From a virus, in IMG/VR virus record IMGVR_UViG_3300025853_000045, positions 26,953-90,952 of that record: DNA of 64,000 nt, one strand, 5' to 3'. Numbering within the stretch: the first letter of the stretch is position 1; each line of letters begins with the position of its first letter. Both the position numbers and the translations under genes were made by a program. Positions 18,722-27,433 of this stretch are shown piece after piece. A model generated the notes under the pieces. It searched no databases, was not told the origin of the DNA, and saw only the letters and a program-made list of their open reading frames with translations.

Positions 18722-19243
18722 TCACTCCTTTTTCTTGTCTTTCGCGTATGTCCCGTCAGCGTTTCGCTTACGACCACCGCTCAAATTAAGTGGTTCTTTC
18801 TTTTTTGCTTTGTGTTGAGGCGCGTCAGGCTCATAATCAACATTCATCAAATCGAGATACTGCTGAACTTCGGGGTCTTTCTCCAACTCTTCAAGTTGTT
18901 TCGCGAATGCGACCTCTTGTTTCTTGATTTCAACGTCCATTTGAGCCTTAGCAAACCGCATTTGTTGGTTTTGCATCTGTCGTGTCATGCTTCGTTGCAT
19001 GTTTGAAATAACAGCGCGCTGGTCCATACCATCTTGTGCTATCATCTTGTAAATAAAATACGACATGCCCTGTAATGTGAATGCGCCCATCATGTATGTT
19101 ATCGCGTTTGTTTGTGTTGAATCATCTTTCAGCCATAGCCCTGCGTCAAAGACTGCAATCGCGGCTCCAACGAGTATAGCGACGAAAGAAATCAGTCCGA
19201 ATACTCTCAATTCATCTTTATTTTGTGGCGTTCGCTCTTGCAT
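18722..19243 (-). CDS. Two-TM membrane protein with a C-terminal coiled coil
   Basis: GGAGG RBS; VFGLISFVAILVGAAIAVF and ITYMMGAFTLQGMSYFIY; Q/K/E-rich coiled coil. Confidence 0.85.
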   Translation of the reverse strand: MQERTPQNKDELRVFGLISFVAILVGAAIAVFDAGLWLKDDSTQTNAITYMMGAFTLQGMSYFIYKMIAQDGMDQRAVISNMQRSMTRQMQNQQMRFAKAQMDVEIKKQEVAFAKQLEELEKDPEVQQYLDLMNVDYEPDAPQHKAKKKEPLNLSGGRKRNADGTYAKDKKKE

Positions 19244-19304
19244 ATCAAACAACCTCCATACATACCGCGTGACGCGAGCGATACATAAGCATGTTGATTC
19301 ACCT

Positions 19305-19378
19305 CTTTATTGATATTATCATATTATTATTACAACAATATAGTATATTATCATTATAAGAAAAATATGATATTATTG
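19305..19378. promoter_or_regulatory. AT-rich (TAT)n/(ATA)n island upstream of the GTPase operon
   Basis: Extremely AT-rich tract sharing TAGTATATTAT and TTATAAG words with the islands at 28.9, 47.8 and 58.7 kb. Confidence 0.55.
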
Positions 19379-22300
19379 AGAATCATCTTCTCCCAATTGC
19401 GGCACGTTCGGTCGAGGGAAAAGTTGGAATTGCGGCAACCCTGCCGTTTCAAGTTGCTGTTGTGGTGTCATTGGGATTCGCGGTGATGGCATTTGAGATA
19501 CCGTCGTTGGTTGCTTTTGCGGTGCGACAGGAGGCGCAAGTGATACAGGGCGTTGTGCTGTTGATTGTATCGGCGTTCCCGCGTGCCTTCGGTGCGCTAT
19601 CGAATCGTATATATGTAAATCATCGAAGCGACCGTGTTGCCATGTGGGGTGGAAACCGTTGATGCCTTTTATCACGTTTTCAAATTCTTTCATTTCGGCT
19701 TGATTCAATTTTCCTTCTGATGCCGCTTGCGACACCTCTTCGGCTGACGCGAATCCACCCTTTTCCATCAAGTCCATCATTTTTTGGTCATAAACGACAT
19801 TTGGCGTATATTCGTGTTCAGCCACTTTCCACATCAAGTCGTGCATTTGTTTGTCTTGTTGTCGCGCTTCTTCGGATGCGCTGTAATTGACAGCGACGCT
19901 TTCTTTGAAGACTTGTTGCGCGTTTGGAATGGAGTGCGGTGTTACGTCGGCAGGTTTAGCGTCGTTCAAAATTTCTTCTTTGAAATCATCACCTTTCAAA
20001 CCTGCAACCTTTTTCGACATCGTTAATTTCTTTTCCATATCGTTCTCATCTTGGAATCCTAACATTCGCGCGGCTTCGTTGTAGGCTTGAGTCATGAGGG
20101 GGGTATCGTTTTGTATGAGTGTCAGGAAGTTACCCGGCGACATGCGCGTGTCAGCCGACAATCCAACTCTTTTGTTCGCGGACACAATCTTTTCGTGCAA
20201 TCCAACGTGGGACAATCCGTCGTATTCTTCACACAACTGTTTCAAACCTGTCAAAAGCGCGAATTGATGCCACATTGGTTTGACTGCGTTTCGGACTTCT
20301 GCATTGTATTCCGCGTCTAACCCTTTTCGCTTAACAGGGCCGTGAACGTATTCTCCTTCCTTTAAATCGCGTGAGAAGTATAAATTGCGCTTCGATTGTT
20401 TCATTTGATTTTTAATTTCGTCAGTCCATGTAGGTTCGGCTGATGACGTCTCGACATTTTCAAAATCGACTCTTCGGTCAGCATCAAATCCGAATTCATC
20501 CAACAACGCTGACAAAGCAGGGTGCGACATCTTGGTCAGTTTTTGCTTCACCATCGGTGTGTATTTCACACCTTTTTCTCGCGCATCGTTGGCTTCTTTG
20601 TCATCAGCGCGTCCTGTGGTGACAAGATTCAACATTTTGTTGGCTTCTTCTTCGTCGAAGCCACTCTCGCCCGTATGACGATTCCATGCTTGAGTGAATT
20701 CAGGTGAGTGTCGGAACAAATGAAGAACGTCTTCGACGTCCATAACGTAAGGCTTACCTGCGTTCTTAGGATGAAAAATTTCTCTTAGCGACTCAAACGG
20801 TGTTTGAAAACGCCCATGTTCATAGATGAGTGAACTATATTCCGAAGGATTGTCTCCCCTTAATCGACCTTCTTTGTCCACGCTGAATTGTTGTTTTTCA
20901 CTTCTTACAAGATGACGTGTCGCGTAATCGTGAAGTCGTTCCATTGCTTCCGACACTTCATGCTCTTCGTCTCCGTGAGACATGGATTTGTCAGGGTGGT
21001 TGAGAACCGTGTTGAGCAATTCAAGAACTTCATCTTTGTCTTGACCATTTTCAATAGCCGTGTTCGCCATGTTACTTGCGCGCACTTCAATCATGTTTTC
21101 GTGATACGCTCTCATCAGCGCGTCACTCTTTACTTCGCTTTCAGGTAATTGGTCGATACCTGCTGAATCTTGCGGTTGTTGTGCGAGCCGCTCAATTGCG
21201 TCTTCCATTGAAGCAGGAGCCATCTGACGAGGCGATGCGTCTTCTTCTCCTTGTTCGGCTCTAAATTGCGCAACAAGGTCTTGGAACGTCTTTTCTCTTC
21301 TTCGCGCTTCGTCTCCGCCACCGTAACGCTTTGCGTTCAATTCTCGGATTGTTCCCATGTTGGTCAAAGGTGCAAACATACCTCTCGCGACGTTGTCTTT
21401 GAACACCTCAAGTGCCATACTTTTTGTCGAAGGGCGTCCTTTGACACCCATAACTCGACCCAACTTTTCTTGAAGTGTGTCGGTTGTAAACGATTTACCA
21501 TGATGAGGATTGTGTCGTTCACCTTCATATGAGTGTTCGACACCATTATCATCGACCATTGAATATCCCTTGAGCCAATCGTCGTCGTCAGGGTGAAGAA
21601 TGCCGTGTCCGTGACATTGCGAACAAACACCGTCAGCACACCGTCCTGTGGGCGAATCTTCGTTTTCGTGGTCGCAATCAGGGCAAGTGACGTGATGATG
21701 TTCGTGTGGCTCTTTTCGCGAACCTTCAAAATTTTCTTTGTTTGGTGGGCGCAAGTGTTTTCTGATGTGTTCTCTCATCGCTTTACTTTGAGGGTGCGCG
21801 TTGCGAAGTAGTGGATTATGGGCGCGTATGTAGGATATTGCATCATTCATAGTGACGGCTCGATTACCACCACACGTTCCGCACGCAGTCGCACCACCGC
21901 GAGAAAATGGCACGTCGAACGATTCACCGTTTTTAATTCGCTTAAGTTCTTCATCGGTGTAATGACTGTTTTGAATGGCTTTTGCAATCTCGTTTTCAGT
22001 CATCTCTTTTTCTTCTTCTTCTATGGTTTTGTTGCCCGTCAAAATATCCAAGCGCGCTCTTGTCATATCAGCCTCGTTGTATTGAGCATCAAGAATAGCG
22101 TTCATTTGTTTGCGCGAAAGTCCGCGCTTGTTGTATTTACGACTGTGGGCTTGCAACACAGCCATGTCAGAAAGATTTGGTAAGTGCTTGTTGTTGTCCA
22201 TGAACGTGAGACCTGTTCCACCACTTGCGCCCATTTGACCCACCATGTATTCGTCAGGTGCATACAAAGTTGATTGGCGCGTATTGCCCTCTCCGTCAGC

Positions 22301-25300
22301 CATGAAGACAGTCGAAAGAGGGAAGCCATCGTCGCCTGTGTAAAGTTGTTCACGCAACTTAAGAAGCATGTTGAGTTGCTTCTTTTCGTCTTTTTCTTTG
22401 AGAATAGGCGCGAGAAGGTTTTCGTATTTTTTCTTCTTTTCGTTGTATGACATGCAATTGACCAATGCACCAAGCGCGTATTCGTTTCGTCGCTTGTTGT
22501 ATTCTTCGTCGTTTCTGACGATTTCAGTCTTTGATTCAATGCCGCTTATTCGATTCTTCATTCTCTTGAAGTAATCGGCAGGATTCTTCACACCATCCCT
22601 GAATGCTTCCTTTTCAAAGAACAACGTTTTACCTGCTTGGAGGAACGAGTTCTTAGGAACTTCGGTAAATCGAATTGCACCGCGCCCCGCCTCAACATTC
22701 TCAATCAACGGTTTGTCGAGAACGAGACGGTAATTTTCACCTTGTTTTCGCGGTGGGCGACTGTCGACGATGCGATAGGTCTGATTACTCAAGTGACTCA
22801 GCGACCCTACGGTGATTTGAGAGTCGCCAATTTTGATGTTATGAAGACCCATAGCATATCGCGGAATCTCAATCTCTCTTTGCCCCATTTGAGCGTCCTG
22901 CACCATATCGACATGTCCGTCGCGTATAGCGTGCAATCTTTCGTTGAGTTCATCCGCGTGTTGTTGTGCTATCGCCGCCTTTTGTTGCATCGCGATTGCG
23001 TGTCCTTTAGGATTAACTTTTTCCTGCAAATTACCGCTTTCGACGCGCTTACCGAACTCTTTGTTCCACGCATCCATCGCGAGTTGATAACGTTCTTCGA
23101 TACCACCCAAGTGTTCTTGAAGCATCTGATACCGACGCAACTTTGCTTCGTTCTTTTTGGCGAGATTGATGTCTTTGCTGTTGTTTACAATGAACTTCTT
23201 GATGTCGCTTCTTCCTTTGAAATCTTTGACTTTGTAATTGTATTTCTTTTTACCCTCTTTGTATTGGTATTTGCCGTCTTCGACGTCGTTCATAATCTCC
23301 AACGCTTCAACAAGACCACCCATTTGCGCGTTGAACAAATTGTCCAATCGCAACTGTTCACGTTCTTCGTCGCCCATGAAATTTGAACCCGCAATATGTC
23401 CAATCGCGACACGTTGCGCGGCAGAACTTCTCGCTCCACCCATCGGTTGAATTTTTTCATCTTTGAATTTGATGCCCGGAAATTCAACGTCCAAATCTTC
23501 AATTTTTTCGTTGTATTTCAGCGCGGCTTTGCGTATTTGATTCTTGATTTCTCGACGAACACCGTCGCGACCACCCTGATAGTATTTCGCTTTACGTTCC
23601 AATTTGCTTTTGAATGTGCTAAATTCAGTTCCTTCACCCAACACATGATGTGCAATCTTAGCCAACGACGTTTTGCTTTCATCGTCAGAAAACAACGGAA
23701 TGTATTCGTCTTCGTTCGTTAGTGTATTGAAGATGAAATCGAGTTGCGGAACCATGACACGCTTGTGTTTTATCGACGATGTGCGTGCGCCGTCGCGAGC
23801 CATCCTCGCCTCTTCAGGCGTCGACGATGAAAAATGCTTAGGGTGACACGCAACACATTGCTCTTCATCGTCAATGATTTTTTCTTTGCGCTTATCAGGT
23901 AAGCCTTCCAATTCTTCTCCTTCTTTTGGTTTCGCGTTGTGATGGTCGATGTGTCGCTTTGTTTGCGCTATTCTTTCTTCGTAGCGCGCTGTATTCTCAG
24001 CGTGTGCATCGTTCATTCGCTTGATAGCATACATTGTTCGCAACGCCGCACCTTTCGTTATGTCGCCGCCCAACTTACCAAACATGCTCGCGAATGCTTG
24101 GTCGAATCCTTCTTTTGTAAATCCTGAATTTGCATAGCGCGCTCCCATATCAGCAATGTCGATGGGGTCAATGCCGAATTGTTCAGCGATGTTGCGCAAC
24201 TCTTCTGCGTCTCTCGCCGCTTTGTTGAGGAATTGTTGCGTGACCCCTGCTTCAAAACATGTGTTGTATCGCTCAATGTTCTTTTCAGATTGCTTGTTTA
24301 ATGCTGATTCAGGGTCGTCAGCGTTTACTATTTGATTCATATTGTAAATGTCTTCGGTGTTGAGATTCAAGTCCATAATTTCTTTTAACGACAGACCGCT
24401 TTTCCTCAACTTCCCTCTCACTTGAACAACGCGACGATTCGCTCCAACCAAATCATCCATGAACTTCGATGCTTCTTTGATGATTTGAATTTCGTCGAGT
24501 TTATGATACGGGTGGCCTTCAGGGAAGTCATCTCCGTGAGGAATTTCGCTGAAATACGTCGGACGATAGTCTCCTGTGACGTCGTTCAACACTTGGTCGC
24601 GAAGGTAATTGTATTCATCTCGACCACCTTCAAACATGTCGTTTTCCAACATGAAATCTAAATCGAGAAGACGGCTATCTTGCGCGACTGTTGCTTGTCC
24701 TCCACCACGTCTCGTTGATGCAGTATAACGCCCCAACTTGGTCTGCTTTACACCACCTTTCGTTCCTTTTACTTCACGTTGCATTTCTTCAACAGAAGGA
24801 AGATTGGCTGTTTCACCGCGCGCACTTCTATCTCCACCACGTTCAGTTCGCTCCTGCAAACCAACGTCTTTGATGTCGGCTGACACTCCCACTTCAGGCA
24901 TTTTCGCTTTGCTATCCACTTCATCTCCCAACTGATACAGAATGCCTTCATCTAAAGCAGTAGCAAGAGCAGGGTGCGCTTCCATTTCATTATCGAATTG
25001 AGGCGGGTCGCGTGCAATTGCGCGTCGATTCTTTTCGCTGTTCGGTGCGTCTCCGCGTAAGAAAAATTCCGTCATACCATCAGGTGCGTTTGGTCGCGAT
25101 TCCAACGTCACACCCATCTTACGCGCCTGTTCGTAAAACGAAGGCGTAACGAAGTCGGGAGCCTTGATTGACGTTGCCGCACGACCAAAGCGTCCACCGC
25201 GTCCCGCAGTCCCGACAGCACGATTTTGTAGGAATACGCGCATGTGTTTGTTCAAATCTTCTTGAACCAACTGCACCGCTTCTTTGACGTCAGATAGACC

Positions 25301-26296
25301 TTCGTCCTTCGCTTTACGGTCAATCAACCGCTTCCATTTGTTCATTTCTTTCGCTTTACCCGCATACACTTCGCCGGGTCGGAATACAGGGCTTGAGAAA
25401 ACCTGTTGTTCATACAACTTCTTTGCTCTATCAAGGTCAGCGCGCACTTTTCGCGGCTCATCAAAATATGCCGCCTGTTCTTCAGGCGTTTTGTATTGCG
25501 CGCTAAAGTCTTCACGGTTTGGTTTGGCTTGAGTGACACCTTCCAACATGCTTTGCGGTATGTCGCGCAATGACTTTCGACCCGACACTCTTACCATCGA
25601 ACCTTTCTTTGGTCGCTCTTTGAATTTGCCAAGACTGCGGAACGTTGTTTCACTCAACGGGTGTCGAGACTTTTCTTTGAAGTATTCCATCAACTTGTTT
25701 TTTCCTCGCGGCGAATCAGCGTTGTCAATCCATGCTGTGATGTCAGGTGGCACGCCATGTGTTTTCATTCGCTTCCCTAATTCACCGTTGTCTTGTTCGT
25801 CGATGTCTTTAATGAACTGCAACTCTTGACCGTCTAACGGTTCGCGACCGAGCAAATCCGCTTCTTTTTCTAAAAATTCTTCGCTTTGAAAGTGTTCAAT
25901 CATCTTGTCGAGTGAATCAAGAACGCGCTTCGTAATAATCGGAACAGACATCATGCTCGGTATTGCGATGTCACCCTCTTCATCAAGCACTTCGCTGTAT
26001 CGTTGGTCTTCGTCAAGACCCAATTTATCAGCCAACATATTGTTGTTCGCGAAAAGAATGTCGTCGTAAAGTTCACCGAAGTCAATGTCACCGACTTCTG
26101 TAAATTCATCGTCGTCTTCTTCACCTTCTTTCCAGCGCGGAGGATTTTTCATCAATTTTTCCATGTATCGCGCCATGAGCCTGTCAGCCAACTGTTGATT
26201 GGTTGGTGCTGTGCGCCTCATACCACGCTTGAATCGTCGGACGGTGTCCTCTTCCTCTTCTTCGTCGGCCTTGATGATACGGACAAAGCGACGCAT
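19373..26296 (-). CDS. Giant hypothetical protein (about 2307 aa), probably virion-internal, with CxxC Zn motifs
   Basis: Single open frame; start moved to MRRFVRIIKAD (26296) to avoid overlap with the divergent gene; CVAC, CGTC, CPDC and CSQCHGHG. Confidence 0.85.
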   Translation of the reverse strand: MRRFVRIIKADEEEEEDTVRRFKRGMRRTAPTNQQLADRLMARYMEKLMKNPPRWKEGEEDDDEFTEVGDIDFGELYDDILFANNNMLADKLGLDEDQRYSEVLDEEGDIAIPSMMSVPIITKRVLDSLDKMIEHFQSEEFLEKEADLLGREPLDGQELQFIKDIDEQDNGELGKRMKTHGVPPDITAWIDNADSPRGKNKLMEYFKEKSRHPLSETTFRSLGKFKERPKKGSMVRVSGRKSLRDIPQSMLEGVTQAKPNREDFSAQYKTPEEQAAYFDEPRKVRADLDRAKKLYEQQVFSSPVFRPGEVYAGKAKEMNKWKRLIDRKAKDEGLSDVKEAVQLVQEDLNKHMRVFLQNRAVGTAGRGGRFGRAATSIKAPDFVTPSFYEQARKMGVTLESRPNAPDGMTEFFLRGDAPNSEKNRRAIARDPPQFDNEMEAHPALATALDEGILYQLGDEVDSKAKMPEVGVSADIKDVGLQERTERGGDRSARGETANLPSVEEMQREVKGTKGGVKQTKLGRYTASTRRGGGQATVAQDSRLLDLDFMLENDMFEGGRDEYNYLRDQVLNDVTGDYRPTYFSEIPHGDDFPEGHPYHKLDEIQIIKEASKFMDDLVGANRRVVQVRGKLRKSGLSLKEIMDLNLNTEDIYNMNQIVNADDPESALNKQSEKNIERYNTCFEAGVTQQFLNKAARDAEELRNIAEQFGIDPIDIADMGARYANSGFTKEGFDQAFASMFGKLGGDITKGAALRTMYAIKRMNDAHAENTARYEERIAQTKRHIDHHNAKPKEGEELEGLPDKRKEKIIDDEEQCVACHPKHFSSSTPEEARMARDGARTSSIKHKRVMVPQLDFIFNTLTNEDEYIPLFSDDESKTSLAKIAHHVLGEGTEFSTFKSKLERKAKYYQGGRDGVRREIKNQIRKAALKYNEKIEDLDVEFPGIKFKDEKIQPMGGARSSAAQRVAIGHIAGSNFMGDEEREQLRLDNLFNAQMGGLVEALEIMNDVEDGKYQYKEGKKKYNYKVKDFKGRSDIKKFIVNNSKDINLAKKNEAKLRRYQMLQEHLGGIEERYQLAMDAWNKEFGKRVESGNLQEKVNPKGHAIAMQQKAAIAQQHADELNERLHAIRDGHVDMVQDAQMGQREIEIPRYAMGLHNIKIGDSQITVGSLSHLSNQTYRIVDSRPPRKQGENYRLVLDKPLIENVEAGRGAIRFTEVPKNSFLQAGKTLFFEKEAFRDGVKNPADYFKRMKNRISGIESKTEIVRNDEEYNKRRNEYALGALVNCMSYNEKKKKYENLLAPILKEKDEKKQLNMLLKLREQLYTGDDGFPLSTVFMADGEGNTRQSTLYAPDEYMVGQMGASGGTGLTFMDNNKHLPNLSDMAVLQAHSRKYNKRGLSRKQMNAILDAQYNEADMTRARLDILTGNKTIEEEEKEMTENEIAKAIQNSHYTDEELKRIKNGESFDVPFSRGGATACGTCGGNRAVTMNDAISYIRAHNPLLRNAHPQSKAMREHIRKHLRPPNKENFEGSRKEPHEHHHVTCPDCDHENEDSPTGRCADGVCSQCHGHGILHPDDDDWLKGYSMVDDNGVEHSYEGERHNPHHGKSFTTDTLQEKLGRVMGVKGRPSTKSMALEVFKDNVARGMFAPLTNMGTIRELNAKRYGGGDEARRREKTFQDLVAQFRAEQGEEDASPRQMAPASMEDAIERLAQQPQDSAGIDQLPESEVKSDALMRAYHENMIEVRASNMANTAIENGQDKDEVLELLNTVLNHPDKSMSHGDEEHEVSEAMERLHDYATRHLVRSEKQQFSVDKEGRLRGDNPSEYSSLIYEHGRFQTPFESLREIFHPKNAGKPYVMDVEDVLHLFRHSPEFTQAWNRHTGESGFDEEEANKMLNLVTTGRADDKEANDAREKGVKYTPMVKQKLTKMSHPALSALLDEFGFDADRRVDFENVETSSAEPTWTDEIKNQMKQSKRNLYFSRDLKEGEYVHGPVKRKGLDAEYNAEVRNAVKPMWHQFALLTGLKQLCEEYDGLSHVGLHEKIVSANKRVGLSADTRMSPGNFLTLIQNDTPLMTQAYNEAARMLGFQDENDMEKKLTMSKKVAGLKGDDFKEEILNDAKPADVTPHSIPNAQQVFKESVAVNYSASEEARQQDKQMHDLMWKVAEHEYTPNVVYDQKMMDLMEKGGFASAEEVSQAASEGKLNQAEMKEFENVIKGINGFHPTWQHGRFDDLHIYDSIAHRRHAGTPIQSTAQRPVSLAPPVAPQKQPTTVSQMPSPRIPMTPQQQLETAGLPQFQLFPRPNVPQLGEDDSQ

Positions 26297-26368
26297 TGTT
26301 ATAGCGCACGACAACCATGCCCTTGAAGATAGCGGTATTTCTTTAATCGCGAATAGCATGCGTTGTTT

Positions 26369-26992
26369 ATGGGCGCGCCGTTTGCACAGTCTTGGGCGTT
26401 TCTCAAAGCCGAGGCTTACATCAATATGAATAGTGATGTTCACAATCAAACTATTGTTCCTCAAGTTGAGGGTGGTATGCATAGTCCAAAAGGCACTTTC
26501 ATCTCTTCACTACCGCGCTATCAACAACCAAGACCCGATGGACCAAATTACCGACGCGGGGGTTCAGTTCCGCGTAATTGGGATGAAAAACACGGCAATC
26601 AGCGATTTACGGGAGTGAATGTCGCTAACCAATGGCAACACCTTCGCGACGAAAATCCAACCGTTGACGAGGAAGAATTGCAAGATTCATTTGCTGATAA
26701 GTTCGCTACTGCTTCTGCACATGAGGATGTTCACGGTTTGACAGACGCCGAAATAGGCACATGGGCGGCACACGCGGTTGGTGGTTTCCCTGCCAATTTA
26801 GCGGCAACCAACTTTTCTGTTCCTAAAAATCGCGTAAAAGATTGGAAAACGCTTCGCGACATGGCTCATGAATATGGTGCTTACAGCCTAACTGAACCCG
26901 AAGCAAAGAAGCGGAAAATGGAGTATTACCACTTTGCTCCTTATTTGACGGGTGAAAAGGATATTTCAGAATTACATTCGGGTTCGCGTTAA
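26369..26992 (+). CDS. Putative zincin-type metallopeptidase
   Basis: HEDVH (HExxH) plus a downstream AHEYGAY glutamate; N-terminal PFAQSWAFLKA motif. Confidence 0.55.
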   Translation: MGAPFAQSWAFLKAEAYINMNSDVHNQTIVPQVEGGMHSPKGTFISSLPRYQQPRPDGPNYRRGGSVPRNWDEKHGNQRFTGVNVANQWQHLRDENPTVDEEELQDSFADKFATASAHEDVHGLTDAEIGTWAAHAVGGFPANLAATNFSVPKNRVKDWKTLRDMAHEYGAYSLTEPEAKKRKMEYYHFAPYLTGEKDISELHSGSR

Positions 26993-27011
26993 TTTTTTTG
27001 AAATTTTTTTT
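26993..27011 (+). terminator. Oligo-T archaeal-type terminator
   Basis: TTTTTTTGAAATTTTTTTT immediately after the stop of 26369-26992. Confidence 0.6.
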
Positions 27012-27039
27012 GACCCCACGAAAAAAATGTCTGTATTTC

Positions 27040-27375
27040 GCACGCGGTTAAGCAGGGCAAATTGTCGCGCGAGAAGCGCGACTCCGCCTAAGCGCGATAA
27101 GCAATTTGCCCGCGAGAGGGCGCATCGCGTGAAGCGCGATGCGTCGCAGTCGCGCGAAGCGCGGACGCTCAGGCGCGATGCAATTGTGAGCGACGCCTAT
27201 GTCGCGATGCTTCATATATCGCGATGCATCCGCGACAAGCGAAATATCGCGCGGGGTTGTTCGCGCCGACATCTTATCGCGATACTCATTCTGTCGCGCT
27301 CCAACCATACGGTTGCATCGCGCTGTTGCATTGCTTCTTCGCAACATAGCGCGATAACCAAGCAACCCGCGATTT
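27040..27375. repeat. CGCG-dense non-coding island at the late/early strand switch
   Basis: About 23 CGCG words (hand count, overlaps included) in about 335 bp; no credible ORF. Confidence 0.8.
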
Positions 27376-27380
27376 AGGCA

Positions 27381-27411
27381 GGGGGGGTATATAAGTGAAC
27401 GCGGAATATGT
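27381..27411 (+). promoter_or_regulatory. Promoter copy 1: G-run + TATAAGTGAACGCGGAATATGT
   Basis: TATA box; the identical 22-mer recurs at 47899-47920; followed by a GGAGG RBS and ATG 27434. Confidence 0.85.
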
Positions 27412-27433
27412 ATAGACTCTCGGAGGTACAAAA

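Noticed and set aside
19373-26296. Virion RNA polymerase or tape-measure protein
   Set aside because: No DxDGD or T7-type motifs and no tape-measure periodicity or TM segments recognised; a remote fold cannot be excluded without modelling.
26297-26482. Extended N-terminus of the giant ORF (likewise the 4297, 16593, 31984, 39741 and 40363 starts)
   Set aside because: These extensions overlap neighbouring genes; downstream starts with an RBS or stop/start coupling fit better.
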